A DNA stretch of 33,284 nucleotides from Octopus bimaculoides (taxonomy: Eukaryota). The DNA is taken from positions 78,088,906 to 78,122,189 of the forward strand of contig NC_068988.1 in NCBI RefSeq assembly GCF_001194135.2, read 5' to 3'. This document shows positions 10,899 to 22,330 of the stretch, piece after piece (the stretch's first letter is position 1; each line of letters begins with the position of its first letter). Position numbers and translations under genes: made by a program. Under the pieces are notes generated by a model. The model saw only the letters and a program-made list of their open reading frames with translations. It did no database searches and was not told where the DNA came from.

Positions 10899-12886
10899 AT
10901 GCCTCAAAAAAAAAAAAAAGAAAATGTGATATGACAAATCTTATTTGAAATTCAGTTTTACTGTGATAAAGTCTAGCAGAGAAGAGAAACCACAGTGTGT
11001 TTTGTGCTCCAAGGTTTTGGCATCTACTTTACTAAAGCCCAGCAAGTTAAAGAGGCACTTTGAAATGAAGCATCCCAATTCAATAGAGTTGTCGACTTCT
11101 TCAGACATGAAGCTAACAGATTGACAAAATCCAGGTTTGATGATACAGGAATATCTTTGCTGCTTTGAAAACATTCTATGAGGTTTCAAAGAAAATAGCT
11201 GCTGTCAAAAAGCCCTATCAGTGAAAAGTTGATATTGCCTTGCTGCAAAGATATCATATTGAATGTGCTGGGAAATTCTGAACTGCAGAAGCTGAAGCAT
11301 GTCTCTCAAACGATACTGTTAGCAGGCAAATACCATTAGTTGTTTGATAACATTTTGTCACAGGTGGTCTCAAAGATTCACAATTCACTTTTTAACTTTT
11401 TTGCAATCCAGCTTGATGAAACGACAGATTTTGCCAACTTAGCCCAACTTTCTGTCTATGTATGTTATGTACATAACAATCACCTAGAAGATGAATTCCT
11501 GTTTTGCAAAACCCTCAGTACCAAGACAACTACAAGTGAAATACCATAAATCCTCAAGTATAATCTGCACATTTTCCCCAAAATTTAAAGTTCAAAATTT
11601 CTAGTGCGTACTATATATGAGGTTAAAAATAGAAAATTTTTTCTAAGCAAAATTTTCTAAGTGATAAATATGTAAAGGCAATTTACTTAATATTTATTTT
11701 TCACTGATGTTATTACTGTTATTTCTTTATTTTCCACAAACAAAGTGCAGAAAAAAGCTACACGTTTGTATTATGCAATAATAATAAAGGACGTTACCGT
11801 ATATACGTTTACAAATCAAGGATGTTATATAGACCTCATTGATCAAGTTAGAGAAGGGGTGCATATTATACACAAGGTTTAGGTTTTTCAGAGGTACAGC
11901 CCCCTAAAAATCCCCTGTGTATTATACTCAAGAGCAGACTATACTCGAGGATTTACGGTATTTAATAAAGTAGACAAATTTTTTGAGACCCATGATATCA
12001 ACTGGGAGCATGTCATTTGCGCATGCACCAATGGCACTCCAGTGATGCTTGGTTGCCATTCTGGTTTTCAGACTTTGGTGAAAGAAAAATCCTCAGCTGC
12101 TATTGGTACACACTGCATAATTTATCAGCAAGCACTAATGGTGAAAACCATGCATGATGAGTTAAAAAATGCTCTGAATTTCGTGATTACAGTGGTGAAC
12201 TTCATCAAAGCGAATGTACTCAACTCACGTCTGTTTGCTGAGTTGTGCAAAGAAAGTGATTCTGAATTTGAAACTCTTCTGTTGCACTCACAAGTGAGAT
12301 GGCTCTTGAGATGAAAATCAATAAAGAAGATCTTCCTTCAATAAAAAGAAGTCAACAATTTTTTACAAGAATTTTGCATCATTTCCTTAGCTAAACATGT
12401 TCAATGATGACAACGAGCTTTAAGTCGATGACAATATTGTTGAACTCATGAAACAACATGTGTCACTACTTGGCAGAGAAATATCTTATTTTCCTGATCT
12501 TCATGACTTTGACAAATACTGCTGCTTTATCAGGACCTATTTGTACTCTCTGTTAGTGACTTGCCTACAGAAGACAATTTAATTCAAAAGTAGTTCATTG
12601 ATTTGGTCAATGATGGAAGTGCAAAATGTTTTTTTCCATGAAATGTGCTGTTCTGACTTTTGGATTGAAATAGCATGATCATATTCTGATATCACAAAGA
12701 TGGCTCTTAGAGTACTGATACTATTTCCAACCACCTATGAGTGTGAGACAACGTTTTCTACTCTTGCCATCAAAACAAAGTAACGTAATCAACTGGATAT
12801 CATACCAGAAATGAGGGTTGCCCTCTCCAAAACAGCCAAACATAAGGGAACTGGTCACTGCAAAGCAGATACATACATCACACTGA
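10899..12886 (+). pseudogene. Buster-type hAT transposase pseudogene (ZBED5/SCAND3-like family)
   Basis: EKPQCVLCSKVL..KPSKLKRHFEMKH (BED-like finger), FAIQLDETTDFANLAQL, THCIIYQQAL, LLLHSQVRWL, FPTTYECETTFS (dimerisation domain), stop 12884-86. Many stops and frameshifts. Confidence 0.88.
11544..11958. mobile_element. Non-autonomous Tc/mariner-superfamily MITE (pogo/Tc2-like CCGTA TIR)
   Basis: TIR ccataaatcctcaagtataatctgc vs reverse complement ccgtaaatcctcgagtatagtctgc; TA on both sides (11542-43, 11959-60). Removal restores the transposase frame TTSEI-FNKVDKFF. Confidence 0.92.
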
Positions 12887-13681
12887 ACTTTGCTGTAAAT
12901 AAAATAACAGATGGTCTGCATTTGTAAATAAATAATTTCACATATAATTTTTTGCTGTTGTCATGTTATTTATCAGGGATTCAGGAAGAGGGATGACTAC
13001 CTTTAGAGGAGGAAGAGAAGACGGTTCTACTAAAATTGTGGTTTTCTGTGCATACTAGTGGTCCAATTGGCAGAAACTCCTATTCATTTTGGGATGCTAT
13101 TACAATTCATCTGCTGAAAATAGCTAAATTGGTTGAAATGCACCTCTTGGATAATGAATATGAGGAATGACCTGCCAATGGGGAGGAAGAGCATCCCAAA
13201 ACATGGCAAAAGGGGAAGGTGGTGCGAAAAGCTCAAGAAGTACTGTTATGTACATATAGGTACCATAGTTTTCAGTGTATGACCTATGATTTTTGTCTGC
13301 TAAATGGGCATAAATGGGTGTTACACAGTTGTTAATACAGGACGCTCTGTATATTTTCAGGCTGTTTTTGTTTCTCATTTGTTTTGTAACCAATTGATTG
13401 ACTGATTCCCCATATTTTCATGTGTATTTATTGTATCCCTATGGAGTGTTGCATGGATCAAGTTGTGGTTTGTGGGGTTGTGGACATAAGGGCTATGCAG
13501 TTCATAGTCCAGAAAATATGGTACATGAATGTATGTTATTTTTTTCCAAGTTAATAATCCTGAATCATTGGAAAAACTGTAAGGGGAGCGGCGCATAAAA
13601 CTTTTTGAAAAGTTTGAGAACCACTGCTCTACATTGTTACCATTGTATTCCTTTTCCTTCAAATAATTCTGTTTTAGTAAT

Positions 13682-13764
13682 ACAAACACATGCAAGCACA
13701 CACACACACACGTGTGTGCATGCACACACACATGTGTGCACGCACGCACACACACACACACATA
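13682..13764. repeat. (CA)n/(CACG) alternating purine-pyrimidine microsatellite
   Basis: Directly visible. Confidence 0.9.
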
Positions 13765-13809
13765 CTCTGATGTATGCATTCATTCTTCCCGCATTTTTGC
13801 ACAGCTGAA

Positions 13810-14630
13810 CGAGAACATGGTTCTCTGTTGTTGGGTGTCAGAGTACAACTTTCTCCATAGAGTCATGTAAACAACACACATATTCCAAATGACATAAACC
13901 AACTATCAGACAGTGTTTCAGCATGAGAGATTAGCAGAGTAAACATCTACTGGTACAAATGGTGGCTTGCTAAGCCAAGATTAAATTATTACAAACATGT
14001 GAAAAAGTGAAAACCAAAATATTGATGAGTGAATTTACTATGTCCCTTGAAGTGAGTTGCTAAATCACGTCATCTTTCTGAGAGAAGTTATTCTCCAATA
14101 TGGTACTCATCAGTGAAGAGCCATGTTCACAGTTCAGTGTGCAGGAATGCAGTAAGAACAAAAACAGCTGAGAAAGGTTGCATATCAGATGAGCTTTTGA
14201 AATCAAGCAAACCAATCTTGCCTTAAACATTTCTATAAACTACTTCATCAGTACAGGGAAGCATCTAAAGTAGTCTTTGTAGAACCCACTTCATGGTGAT
14301 GTAAGAAGAAAATATCATCACACTTACATCAACAACTTGATTACAGACACTGGTTTAGAATGTGTCCAGGACTTTGATGCAATAATGTTAGACCAAGAGG
14401 TGTGACAGGTGGACTTTGTTACTATGGCCCAGGTTAGAATCTGGTTATAAAAAGAAGTTCAGGGAAGATGGTGCAATTCCATAGAACATTCAAGTGGCCA
14501 ACATTGTCACAATGTACGAGATAAAAGACAACAGAAATGATTGCAATAATTGCAGAGAAATATCCCTTGTCAATATCCCTTGACAAACTCTTGTTTGAAA
14601 ACTTTCACAAAATCTTCAGAAACTTGCAGA
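13810..14630 (+). mobile_element. RTE/BovB-like LINE remnant (linker to RT domain 1)
   Basis: QVANIVTMYEIKDNRNDCNNCREISLVNI (~14490-14580) resembles RTE DANIVTLYK.KGDRSDCNNYRGISLLS. The upstream part is only weakly recognisable. Confidence 0.55.
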
Positions 14631-14725
14631 CGTCAGACATAATAATCTCACTGTGCCAACTTCAAGCTGTCTCAGCTATTGTGCCTGGTCTTCATCTGTG
14701 GTGACAGTATGTTTAAGATGTTACC

Positions 14726-15068
14726 TACAAATCGACCCCAGGACTTATTCTTTGGAAGCCTAGTACTTATTCTATCGGTCTCTTTTGCCGAACTGCTATG
14801 TTACGGGGACATAAACACACCAGCATCGGTTGTCAAGCGATGTTGGGGGGACAAACACAGACATACAAACACATACACACATACATATATATATATACAT
14901 ATATACGACAGGCTTCTTTCAGTTTCCGTCTACCAAATCCACTCACAAGGCATTGGTCGGCCCGAGGCTATAGTAGAAGACACTTGCCCAAGATGCCACG
15001 CAGTGGGACTGAACCCGGGACCATGTGGTTGGTAAGCAAGCTACTTACCACACAGCCACTCCTACGCC
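14726..15068 (-). mobile_element. tRNA-derived SINE (family A), young copy lacking 3' tail
   Basis: Reverse complement begins ggcgtaggagtggctgtgtggtaagtagcttgc..gggttcagtcccactgcgtggc; CpGs are retained. Confidence 0.92.
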
Positions 15069-15093
15069 TATATATATAATGTTAGGATAAATT

Positions 15094-15125
<32 letters not shown>

Positions 15126-15146
15126 NNNNNNNNNNNNNNNNNNNNN
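15126..15146. other. Short assembly gap within (TA)n array (limits approximate)
   Basis: N run flanked by duplicated aatgttaggataaattctt(at)n. Confidence 0.95.
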
Positions 15147-15196
15147 ATAAATTCTTATATATATATATATATATATATATAATGTTAGGATAAATT

Positions 15197-15231
<35 letters not shown>

Positions 15232-16109
15232 CAGTACCCTCACCACACACACCACTATACAAACACCCATACACACTGTTCAACTCATTACTCACTTCAC
15301 ATATCGTTACACACACGATAACTGCACACATACATAAACACATCCATATGCACACACACAAACATACCAGTACATGTAATGCATATCACTCCATGTAATG
15401 GTTGCACTGGGTCATTTAACACATGCACATACACAGGTCCACATATTTTCAGCTCCCCCACACATACATACTCACACACACCATTCTCACCTACACACAT
15501 GCGTGCGAGAGTACGTTTGTTCAACTGGGTCACTGTCATTATCTCACCTTCATTCAACTTCTTTCTTCTTCATCATGTTGAACCCTTAATCCATACAAAA
15601 GATGTTTTTCTCTCGGTTTATTTTTTTCCTTTCTCTCCTCTTTTTTTTCTCTTAATCCTTTCTGTTGAAGTGCGTAGGTCTGAAATGGAAAATACTTTTC
15701 CATTCTTCCTGAGCGTTAAACTAATACACCTGCTTGTTGTTCTTGTGCCTGTCTTCTTTTGTTTTCTGTGAATTTGAATATATATATTCAAGTATTTGAA
15801 TATATAGAGTCAGAATGGTTGTCTTTCCTGAGAATGAGACACACTGTAGAGTGTTTCCAAAGATCAGAATAGATTGCTGAAGAAAGGTACAATGTTTGAG
15901 AGTAATTGAAGGGATATTTCCTGGGTCAGTGACCTTGTTTTGGTTTAAACTGATTGGGGCTACATTCCAACTTGCCAGGTGAATTCAAGGTAGTTGACCT
16001 GAAAGGGTGGGAGGAGAGAGATTTAGATGTCATTTCCACCCTGAAATGTTAGCCCAGTAACAACAGATTTCAACAGATCCTAGGGGAAGTAATCCTGATA
16101 ACATCCCGC

Positions 16110-16111
<2 letters not shown>

Positions 16112-16152
<41 letters not shown>
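16112..16152. repeat. (GT)n microsatellite
   Basis: Directly visible. Confidence 0.95.
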
Positions 16153-16157
<5 letters not shown>

Positions 16158-16439
16158 ATGTGTGTATGCCAGTTTAGGAATCTAATGTGTGTATGTATGT
16201 GTTTCAATGTAACTCACACCAACTTCCAGCTTCTCAATTCTCTGTCCAGCATACTCCAAAGCTATATCAGCACTTTCCTAAGACAAAAACAAAGTTCTAA
16301 GTTGCCTTGAATTTTTTATATTCCTTAAATAACTTTTCCTCTCTTTGTGATTTACTTTTCATGTACACACTCTGCTATTTCAAGTTTGCATCCATTTTTT
16401 GGCAATAATTTGTTTCACCTCTATGACCCGTTGGGTCAC

Positions 16440-16700
16440 AACCGCTTTCCATGCTAGCATTGGTTGGACAATTTGACTGAGGACTGGCAAGCCAAAAGGC
16501 TGCACCAGGCTCCAATCTGATTTGGCAGAGTTTCTATAGCTGGATGCCCTTCCTAACGTCAACCACTCTGAGAGTGTAGTGGATGCTTTTACGTGCCACC
16601 GGCACGAGGGCTAGTCAGGCGGGTACTGGCAACAGCCACGCTCGAAATGGTGTATTTTACGTGCCACTTGCACAAGTGCCAGTCCAAGGGCACTGGCAAC
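16440..16700 (-). mobile_element. 3' UTR fragment of the RTE-like LINE family, with ~2 copies of the internal tandem unit
   Basis: Homologous to 28070-28470: ttttacgtgccac..ccagtc..ggtactggca units followed (on minus) by gcatccagctatagaaactctgccaaatcagattggagcc. Confidence 0.85.
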
Positions 16701-17312
16701 GTACGACAAAATATTTGAATTGAAGAAAGTGTCCCAAATGACTGGAGAGATGCATTGATGGTAGTCCTCCGTAAGAGGAAAGGTAGAAAGAACAACTGTT
16801 GGAATTACCGTATCTCTTCTCTCTGTTGTAGACAAGGTGTTATGTAGAATGACATTAGACAGATTTCTCAGTAACATTGCTAATGAGGTCTCCCTCATTC
16901 TCAGAGTAGTTTCATAAAATGGCTCGGTAAGTACAGATATGATTTTTTTTCGTTAGACAATTTCAGGAAATATCCACTGAGCAGAATATGGACCTGTTTC
17001 AAGACTTTGTTGGTCTAAGGTTTTTGATGCAAGGAATAGTAATGCCTTATAGAACATTCTGAGGAAATTGGGGTGTTCTGATAAGTATGTCTCAGTGCTT
17101 AAACATTTTCATGATGGAAAGAAAGCATGCGTTAACATGGGTGGTAAGCCTCTCTCATCCACCTTTGGTTGAAAATTGTATTAAGAAAGGGGGTATACTA
17201 GAGCCAGCTCTGTTCACATTGTATTTTGCTATGGTTTTTTTTTTTTTGTAGGAGCTTTTGAGGTTTGTTAATATGAGATTGATACTAAACAATGAGTAGG
17301 ATATTGAAGATT

Positions 17313-17969
17313 GCAATGTTATTATCAGTTCAAATATGCTTGATGCACATTTGAACAGGGGTAAGCTACTCACTGCGTTTTGTCTGTTGACAAATAGTGT
17401 GTATACACCTAGATCAGCTCACATCGCCACCTACCTAGACTGTGAGACGCTAGCATTTTGGAGTAGTTATCTCCTCATCGGTCACAGACACTAAGCAGAT
17501 GAGACTACGAGCTGAATTAAGAGATTATCTTTTTTATGCAAGCAAGGTATATTCTCCATGACAAAATGCAGTGAGTAGCTTGTCCCTCAGTTCGAACGTG
17601 CATCAAGCATATTTGGACTGATATTACAATTTTCCTTATCCCTACTTGGTGCTTCCCCTCTGTGATTTACTTACGGTAAGCTGTCATATAGCACTGCCAG
17701 TCAGCGTATGGTGATGTATGGTGACTGGAAAAGCATAAGAGAGGTAATCTCTTAATTCAGCTCATAGTGTCATCTGCTCAGTGTCTGTGAGTGATGAGAA
17801 GATAATTTACTTACTAACTGTTGACCATTTGTCAACAAGCAAGATATATTCTCTGTGACAAAATGCAGTGGGGAGCTTGTCCCCCTGTTTGAACATGCAT
17901 CAAGCATATTCAGACAGGCAATAACATTGTAATTTCACTTATCACTGCTTAGCAGTCACCCTCCGTAAG
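17313..17969. mobile_element. 657-bp non-coding insertion with 9-bp TSD; inverted plus tandem units; carries a hammerhead (Penelope pLTR/retrozyme-like)
   Basis: TSD ttgaagatt at 17304-17312 and 17970-17978. Segment X: inverted at 17313-17395, direct at 17539-17665 and 17827-17968. Segment Y: 17465-17527 inverted relative to 17745-17807. The superfamily assignment is inference. Confidence 0.8.
17440..17487 (-). ncRNA. Decayed type I hammerhead ribozyme
   Basis: Minus strand: ctgtga-ccgatga-ggag ataacta ctcc-aaaa-tgc ta gcgt-c-tcacag. Stems I and II are perfect; core deviations are U4C, G12A and C15.2U; GUC cleavage site between 17446 and 17445. Confidence 0.75.
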
Positions 17970-19550
17970 TTGAAGATTAGACAGTCTGCTGCCAAAACAT
18001 AGTTGTTCTTATTGCTTATACATGAGTTCCTGTATACTGACAACTGGGAATTTGTTGCTCACTCTCAGAATGATATGCAGCATCTTATGGACTCCTTCTC
18101 AACAGCATGCAAGGTATTGGGTCTAAAAATCAGCCTGAAAAATACAGTTGTAATGCAACCAGCCTGCAGTAGATAAAGCCCACTCTGAACCAAACATTTA
18201 TGTGTATGGCCAGAAATCGCTAGTTGTGGATAAATTTGTGTACTTTGAATATGACAAATACTCTGAATCAAGAAAACCATTGATGAATTCTGGATATCGA
18301 ATAGATGTTTATGGCCCCAGCATGAAATTTTGAGACAAAGTTGAAAGACTGCATTACTTGTGTTTTGTCTCCATTGCTATATGAATGTGACACCTGAGTT
18401 GACTTACTGGAGACACATGGAAAGGCTAGAGCGATTTCGCCAACAGTGTTTCCTCTATATCCTGAGTATCCAATGGGAAATGTATGTAATTGACATTGTC
18501 CTCAAATGCAGTCAGTCTATCACTATAGAGGCTTTAGTGTTTCAGCACTGATTACAGTGAAGCAGTCATGTGGTCAGAATGGAATATGATTGGACCCCAT
18601 AGCAAATTCTGTATGGTGAGTTCTTCCAGAGTAAAAGACCAGCCACAAGCTAAAATTAAGGTGTAAAGATTGCATCAAGAATACACTGGAAAAGGTTAAA
18701 ATCTTGGAAAATGGATAGGAAAATCCTGTTTGAGATTGTTCGTTGTGGACAGAAGAAGTGCATGTTGGGTGGAGGAAATTCATATCAAGCATGAACAACT
18801 CAAGAAATATGTTTGTAAGGATCTTGATGTGAATCTGCCTGAATATGTTAGTGCACAGCCCAATTTAACATGGAACAAATGTATGTCTAAGTAAAGCAAG
18901 CCTTAGAAGTCATCAGAAAAGTCATGCACATAGGGAAGTAGTTAATTATGTATCATTATACAACATCCCTACTTGCAAGGAGGGCAGAAAAGAATGTGTT
19001 TCAGAAAGTAGACTGAAATATCATGAGAAAGTCGACCAAAACTATTATAACACATACTGCAGAAGGTGCCCATCATTTCCAAATTTGTACAAATGAGTGT
19101 AAGTCTCTAGCCGGACTGAAAAGCCACATCCATGCTGTTCATGTGTAAGAGAGCAATCAAGCAACAGCATCACTCGAAACTGAGTTGCAGCCATCATATG
19201 TTTGATATATATTTGAATGCATTTAACATTGAATGATGTTTATGCCTCTACATTATCTTCTCACTGTCCACTCTCCCCCATTTACCCAAATTTACTCTTA
19301 TTTTTTTCCTTTTCGCACCTTTCCTCCATCTGTGTATTGACATCTTCACCAGTAGCAGCAGTATCATCATCTTTGTTATCATCATTGTCATCATTGCTAT
19401 TAACATCTTCATAATAGTCACATTGTTGTCACATCATCATCATCACCCTCACAGTACCTATCTGTAAATATTTACTACCAATATCCCATTCTCACCCTTA
19501 CACTAATTGCTATCAATAGTTCTAATTAAGGTTAAAGGCGACAAACTGGG

Positions 19551-19748
19551 AGAATCATTAGCATGCCAGGCAAAATGTTTAGTGGCATTTCATCTGTCTT
19601 TACATTCTGAGTTCAAATTCCACCATGACTTTGTCATTCATCCTTTTGGGAGCGATAAATAAGTACCAGTTGAGCACCGAGGTCAATGTAATTGACTAAA
19701 CTTCTCCTCCAAAATTGCTGGCTTTGTGTCAAAATTTGAACCCAATAT
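19551..19748 (+). mobile_element. tRNA-derived SINE (family B) with CORE-like central domain
   Basis: aaggcgacaaactgggagaatcattagc..gagttcaaattc..cattcatccttttgggagcgataaataagtaccagttgagcac..aaaattgctggctttgtgtcaaaatttgaa. The CORE label rests on remembered similarity to CORE-SINE consensus. Confidence 0.8.
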
Positions 19749-20269
19749 TTTTAATTAAGGTAATTAGTCAAATAATATTTCTTTATTTATACATTCTACA
19801 ACTACAATCACACAACCCATCATTGTTGTGATATTAATTATTTGTTGATTTTTCTTTTAGACTTTGTTTTTATACGTTTTTCTAATAATTTTTTTTTTGT
19901 TTCTTTATCTTTTGCTTTGTAATTTCTTCTGCAGGCCAGAGTAACTTTTGTTGTTGTGTAGTCCCAGACAAGCACTGATCAAGCCATCTTACACCCACAG
20001 ATCTACATTCTTAGTTTACCCCTGTGCTGAAAACCATACTACAGACTCAAGCATGCTATGGTAAATTACACTGAGGTGCACTGCAACAGTTTAATTGTAA
20101 TCGTCACAATATACACATTATTTCTGAAAAATATGTAGATTCTATTATGACCACTGTGGAGACAGATAAAGGTTGACTTGGTCTCTAGTGAGTCTTATTT
20201 ATGTGTGCCACACTGTTTTCCTGTGTTTAAAAGGATTGTGTGTGAGAGGTAATGTTTTAGGATATTGTT

Positions 20270-20627
20270 GCAGTGACCAAAATGACACTGGGGTTTCAGT
20301 CGAACAAGATCTCCTTGATTCTGTTGAAAATGATGAAAACTTTTTGAAAACTTTGCGTAGGCCTCTGAGCAAGTATCACCAACTTTTTGGCAAAATTTCA
20401 TGCCGATTCTCTGCTCAACTTTCCCTGTCATGGTCAATGCGGCAATCACATGCTACACACCTTCCTTCCAAGCACTGCTGTAAAGAATGGAAGTAAGCTA
20501 GAATGTTAAAACTTAGTGTGCATGCACAGCAGAGTTCAAGGTCAATCTGTGCCAAGCAGCTTCACTGTGTGTACTTTAGCTTTGTAACTATGGCAGCAGT
20601 CGGGATATTTATTGATCAGACCACATA
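20270..20627 (-). mobile_element. Mariner 5' fragment (one TIR plus N-terminal HTH start)
   Basis: VEQRIGMKFCQKVGDTCSEAYAK (ORF 20195-20449); terminal gatatttattgatcagaccacatata is a mariner-like TIR. Confidence 0.65.
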
Positions 20628-20667
20628 TAAACATTAATTGATTATTCTTTATTTTATAGGTTTGATA

Positions 20668-21550
20668 ATGAGCGGTGAAAGAATTGCAACAAGAGCTATT
20701 TTATGCATCCAGTGGAAAAAATTGTGCAAAGAAGCAGCAAAAGAAATTAATGATGTAGAAAGTGCAGGGATTGTCAATGAATGTATGGCACAAAACTGGT
20801 TCAGACATTTCAAGGTAAGTAGCACCAGCCTTGAAGACAAACCAACATCAAGAAAACCTTCTGTTGTGGAAAATGAGGCTTGCTTGAAATGGTTGAATAG
20901 CAACCAAGCACAAGCATTCACAGATTGTCAGCAGAACTTGGTCGTTTACAAAACATCATCATTCAACACTTCCATAAGGTCAGCCTTGCAAACAGACACT
21001 GTCGAGAAGCTCCTCATGAACTGACCAATGATCAGGTTCAATGATGTGAATGTTTGAAGACATCTGCTGGCAAATTCTCGATATGCTTGTTTTTGGCAAT
21101 GAATTGTAACGGGATGAAAAATGATTTGAATAGAAGGTCATGTTGTGTCATTGGTGGAATTTCAAAAAGGTGTTGCACTTTGAGCTTGTCCCAGATGGTC
21201 ATGCTGTCAACACTAACCTTTATGCCCAACAATTGCATGCTTTGAAAGCCCACTACTTGGCATTGGTCAATTCAAGACATGCATTTCTCCAGCATGATAA
21301 TATCTCAACACACACTGTCAAGGAACCTGAGGGGCTGGAAGTGCTGTTTCATCCTGCCTACAATCCCGACCTTGCACCATCAAACTATCACCCTTTCTGA
21401 GTCATGGCTCAACAATGTGGGTGAGCTTTGTAAAGGGTGCAGGGGGTATTTTGCCAGTAAACCAGCCAAATGGTATGAGCATGGAACTGAACTTTAGGCA
21501 CAACAATGGCAACAGGCAATAGAATACGTTGGGATATATTTGATGAATAT
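20668..21550 (+). pseudogene. Mariner (DD34D) transposase pseudogene
   Basis: KEAAKEIN..AQNWFRHFK..SLEDKPTSRKP (HTH), IVTGDEK-like sequence ~21100-21120, MLCHWWNFK..LQHDN..HPAYNPDLAPSNYHPF (ORF 21140-21400), FASKPAKWYEHG. Confidence 0.9.
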
Positions 21551-21617
21551 ATCGTTTACATATATAATTTGTCTGAACTATTACTTAAAGATTGAGATAG
21601 GAAAATCTGACTTAACC

Positions 21618-22008
21618 TGGCATGGCTGTGTGGTTAGAAGTTTGCTTCCTGACCATATGATTCCAGTTTCAGGCCCACTGCATGGCAACTTGGGCAATTA
21701 TCTTTGGCTACATCCTTGTACCAACCAAAGCTTTGTGAGTGGATTTGGTAAATAAAAACTAAAAGAAGCCCATAGTATATGTTTTGGGTATTTTTGTGTG
21801 TGTGTGTCTGTCTGTGTTTGTCCCACCATTACTTGACAACTGGTGTTGGTTTGTTTATGTCATAGTAACTTAGTAATTCAGCATAAGAGAATCAGTAACA
21901 AGCTTTAAAAAGATAAATTCTGGGTTTCATTCATTTGACTAAAACCCTTCAATGTAGTGCTCCAACTTGACAACAGTCCAACAATTGAAACTAGTAAAAG
22001 ATAAAAAG
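21618..22008 (+). mobile_element. tRNA-derived SINE (family A), diverged
   Basis: ggcatggctgtgtggttagaagtttgc..gctttgtgagtggatttggta..gtaaaagataaaaaga. Confidence 0.85.
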
Positions 22009-22213
22009 ATTTCAAATTTTGGTACATGGCCAGTAATTTTAATGGAGGGGCTAAGTCAGTTACATTGAGACCATTGTTCAACTGTTATTTAAGAACCCAA
22101 AAAGATAAAAATCAAAGTCGACCGTGGCAGGATTGGAGCTTAGCATGAAAAGAGCCAGAAGAAGTGCCACAAAGCATTTTGTCTAACATGCTAATGATTC
22201 TGCCAGCTTGCCC
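22009..22213 (-). mobile_element. SINE family B, diverged
   Basis: tttcaaattttggtacatggccagtaatttt..ctaacatgctaatgattctgccagcttgcc is the reverse complement of family B. Confidence 0.75.
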
Positions 22214-22244
22214 TGTGTATCTACATTTATATATATGCATATAA

Positions 22245-22248
<4 letters not shown>

Positions 22249-22275
<27 letters not shown>

Positions 22276-22330
22276 TGTATGCATGTATGTATGTATGTAT
22301 GTATGTATGTATATAGATATATACATATAT
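22249..22330. repeat. (ATGT)n microsatellite
   Basis: Directly visible. Confidence 0.95.

Larger units (their letters stand above)
10234..13626 (+). mobile_element. hAT transposon, Buster/Charlie subfamily, near full length, decayed
   Basis: TIRs cagtggctctca (10234) / tgagaaccactg (ends 13626); 8-bp TSD ctttacat (10226-33) / ctctacat (13627-34) with central TA; transposase remnants inside. Confidence 0.92.
16712..19198 (+). mobile_element. RTE/BovB-like LINE, 5'-truncated, interrupted at 17313-17969
   Basis: VPNDWRDAL..NYR..LSVVDKVL; ILRKLGC.DKYV..LKHFHDG; KGGILEPALF; LIHEFLYTDN (YADD site); DMQHLMDSFSTACKVLGLKISLK; ERLERFRQQCFLYILSIQW; QILYGE; C-terminal CTNECKSLAGLKSHIHAVHV*. Confidence 0.88.

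Noticed and set aside
14990-15068. tRNA genes at SINE heads (also 8307, 21618, 24230-24290, 31098)
   Set aside because: They run directly into SINE bodies and lack a complete cloverleaf.
15070-15230. Tandem copies of aatgttaggataaattctt(at)n
   Set aside because: Identical copies straddle a small N gap inside a TA array, most likely contig-overlap duplication.
19890-19945. Strong polypyrimidine tract plus cag acceptor at 19934, possible 6-nt microexon
   Set aside because: All frames stop quickly, the donor is weak and the downstream sequence looks like degraded repeat.
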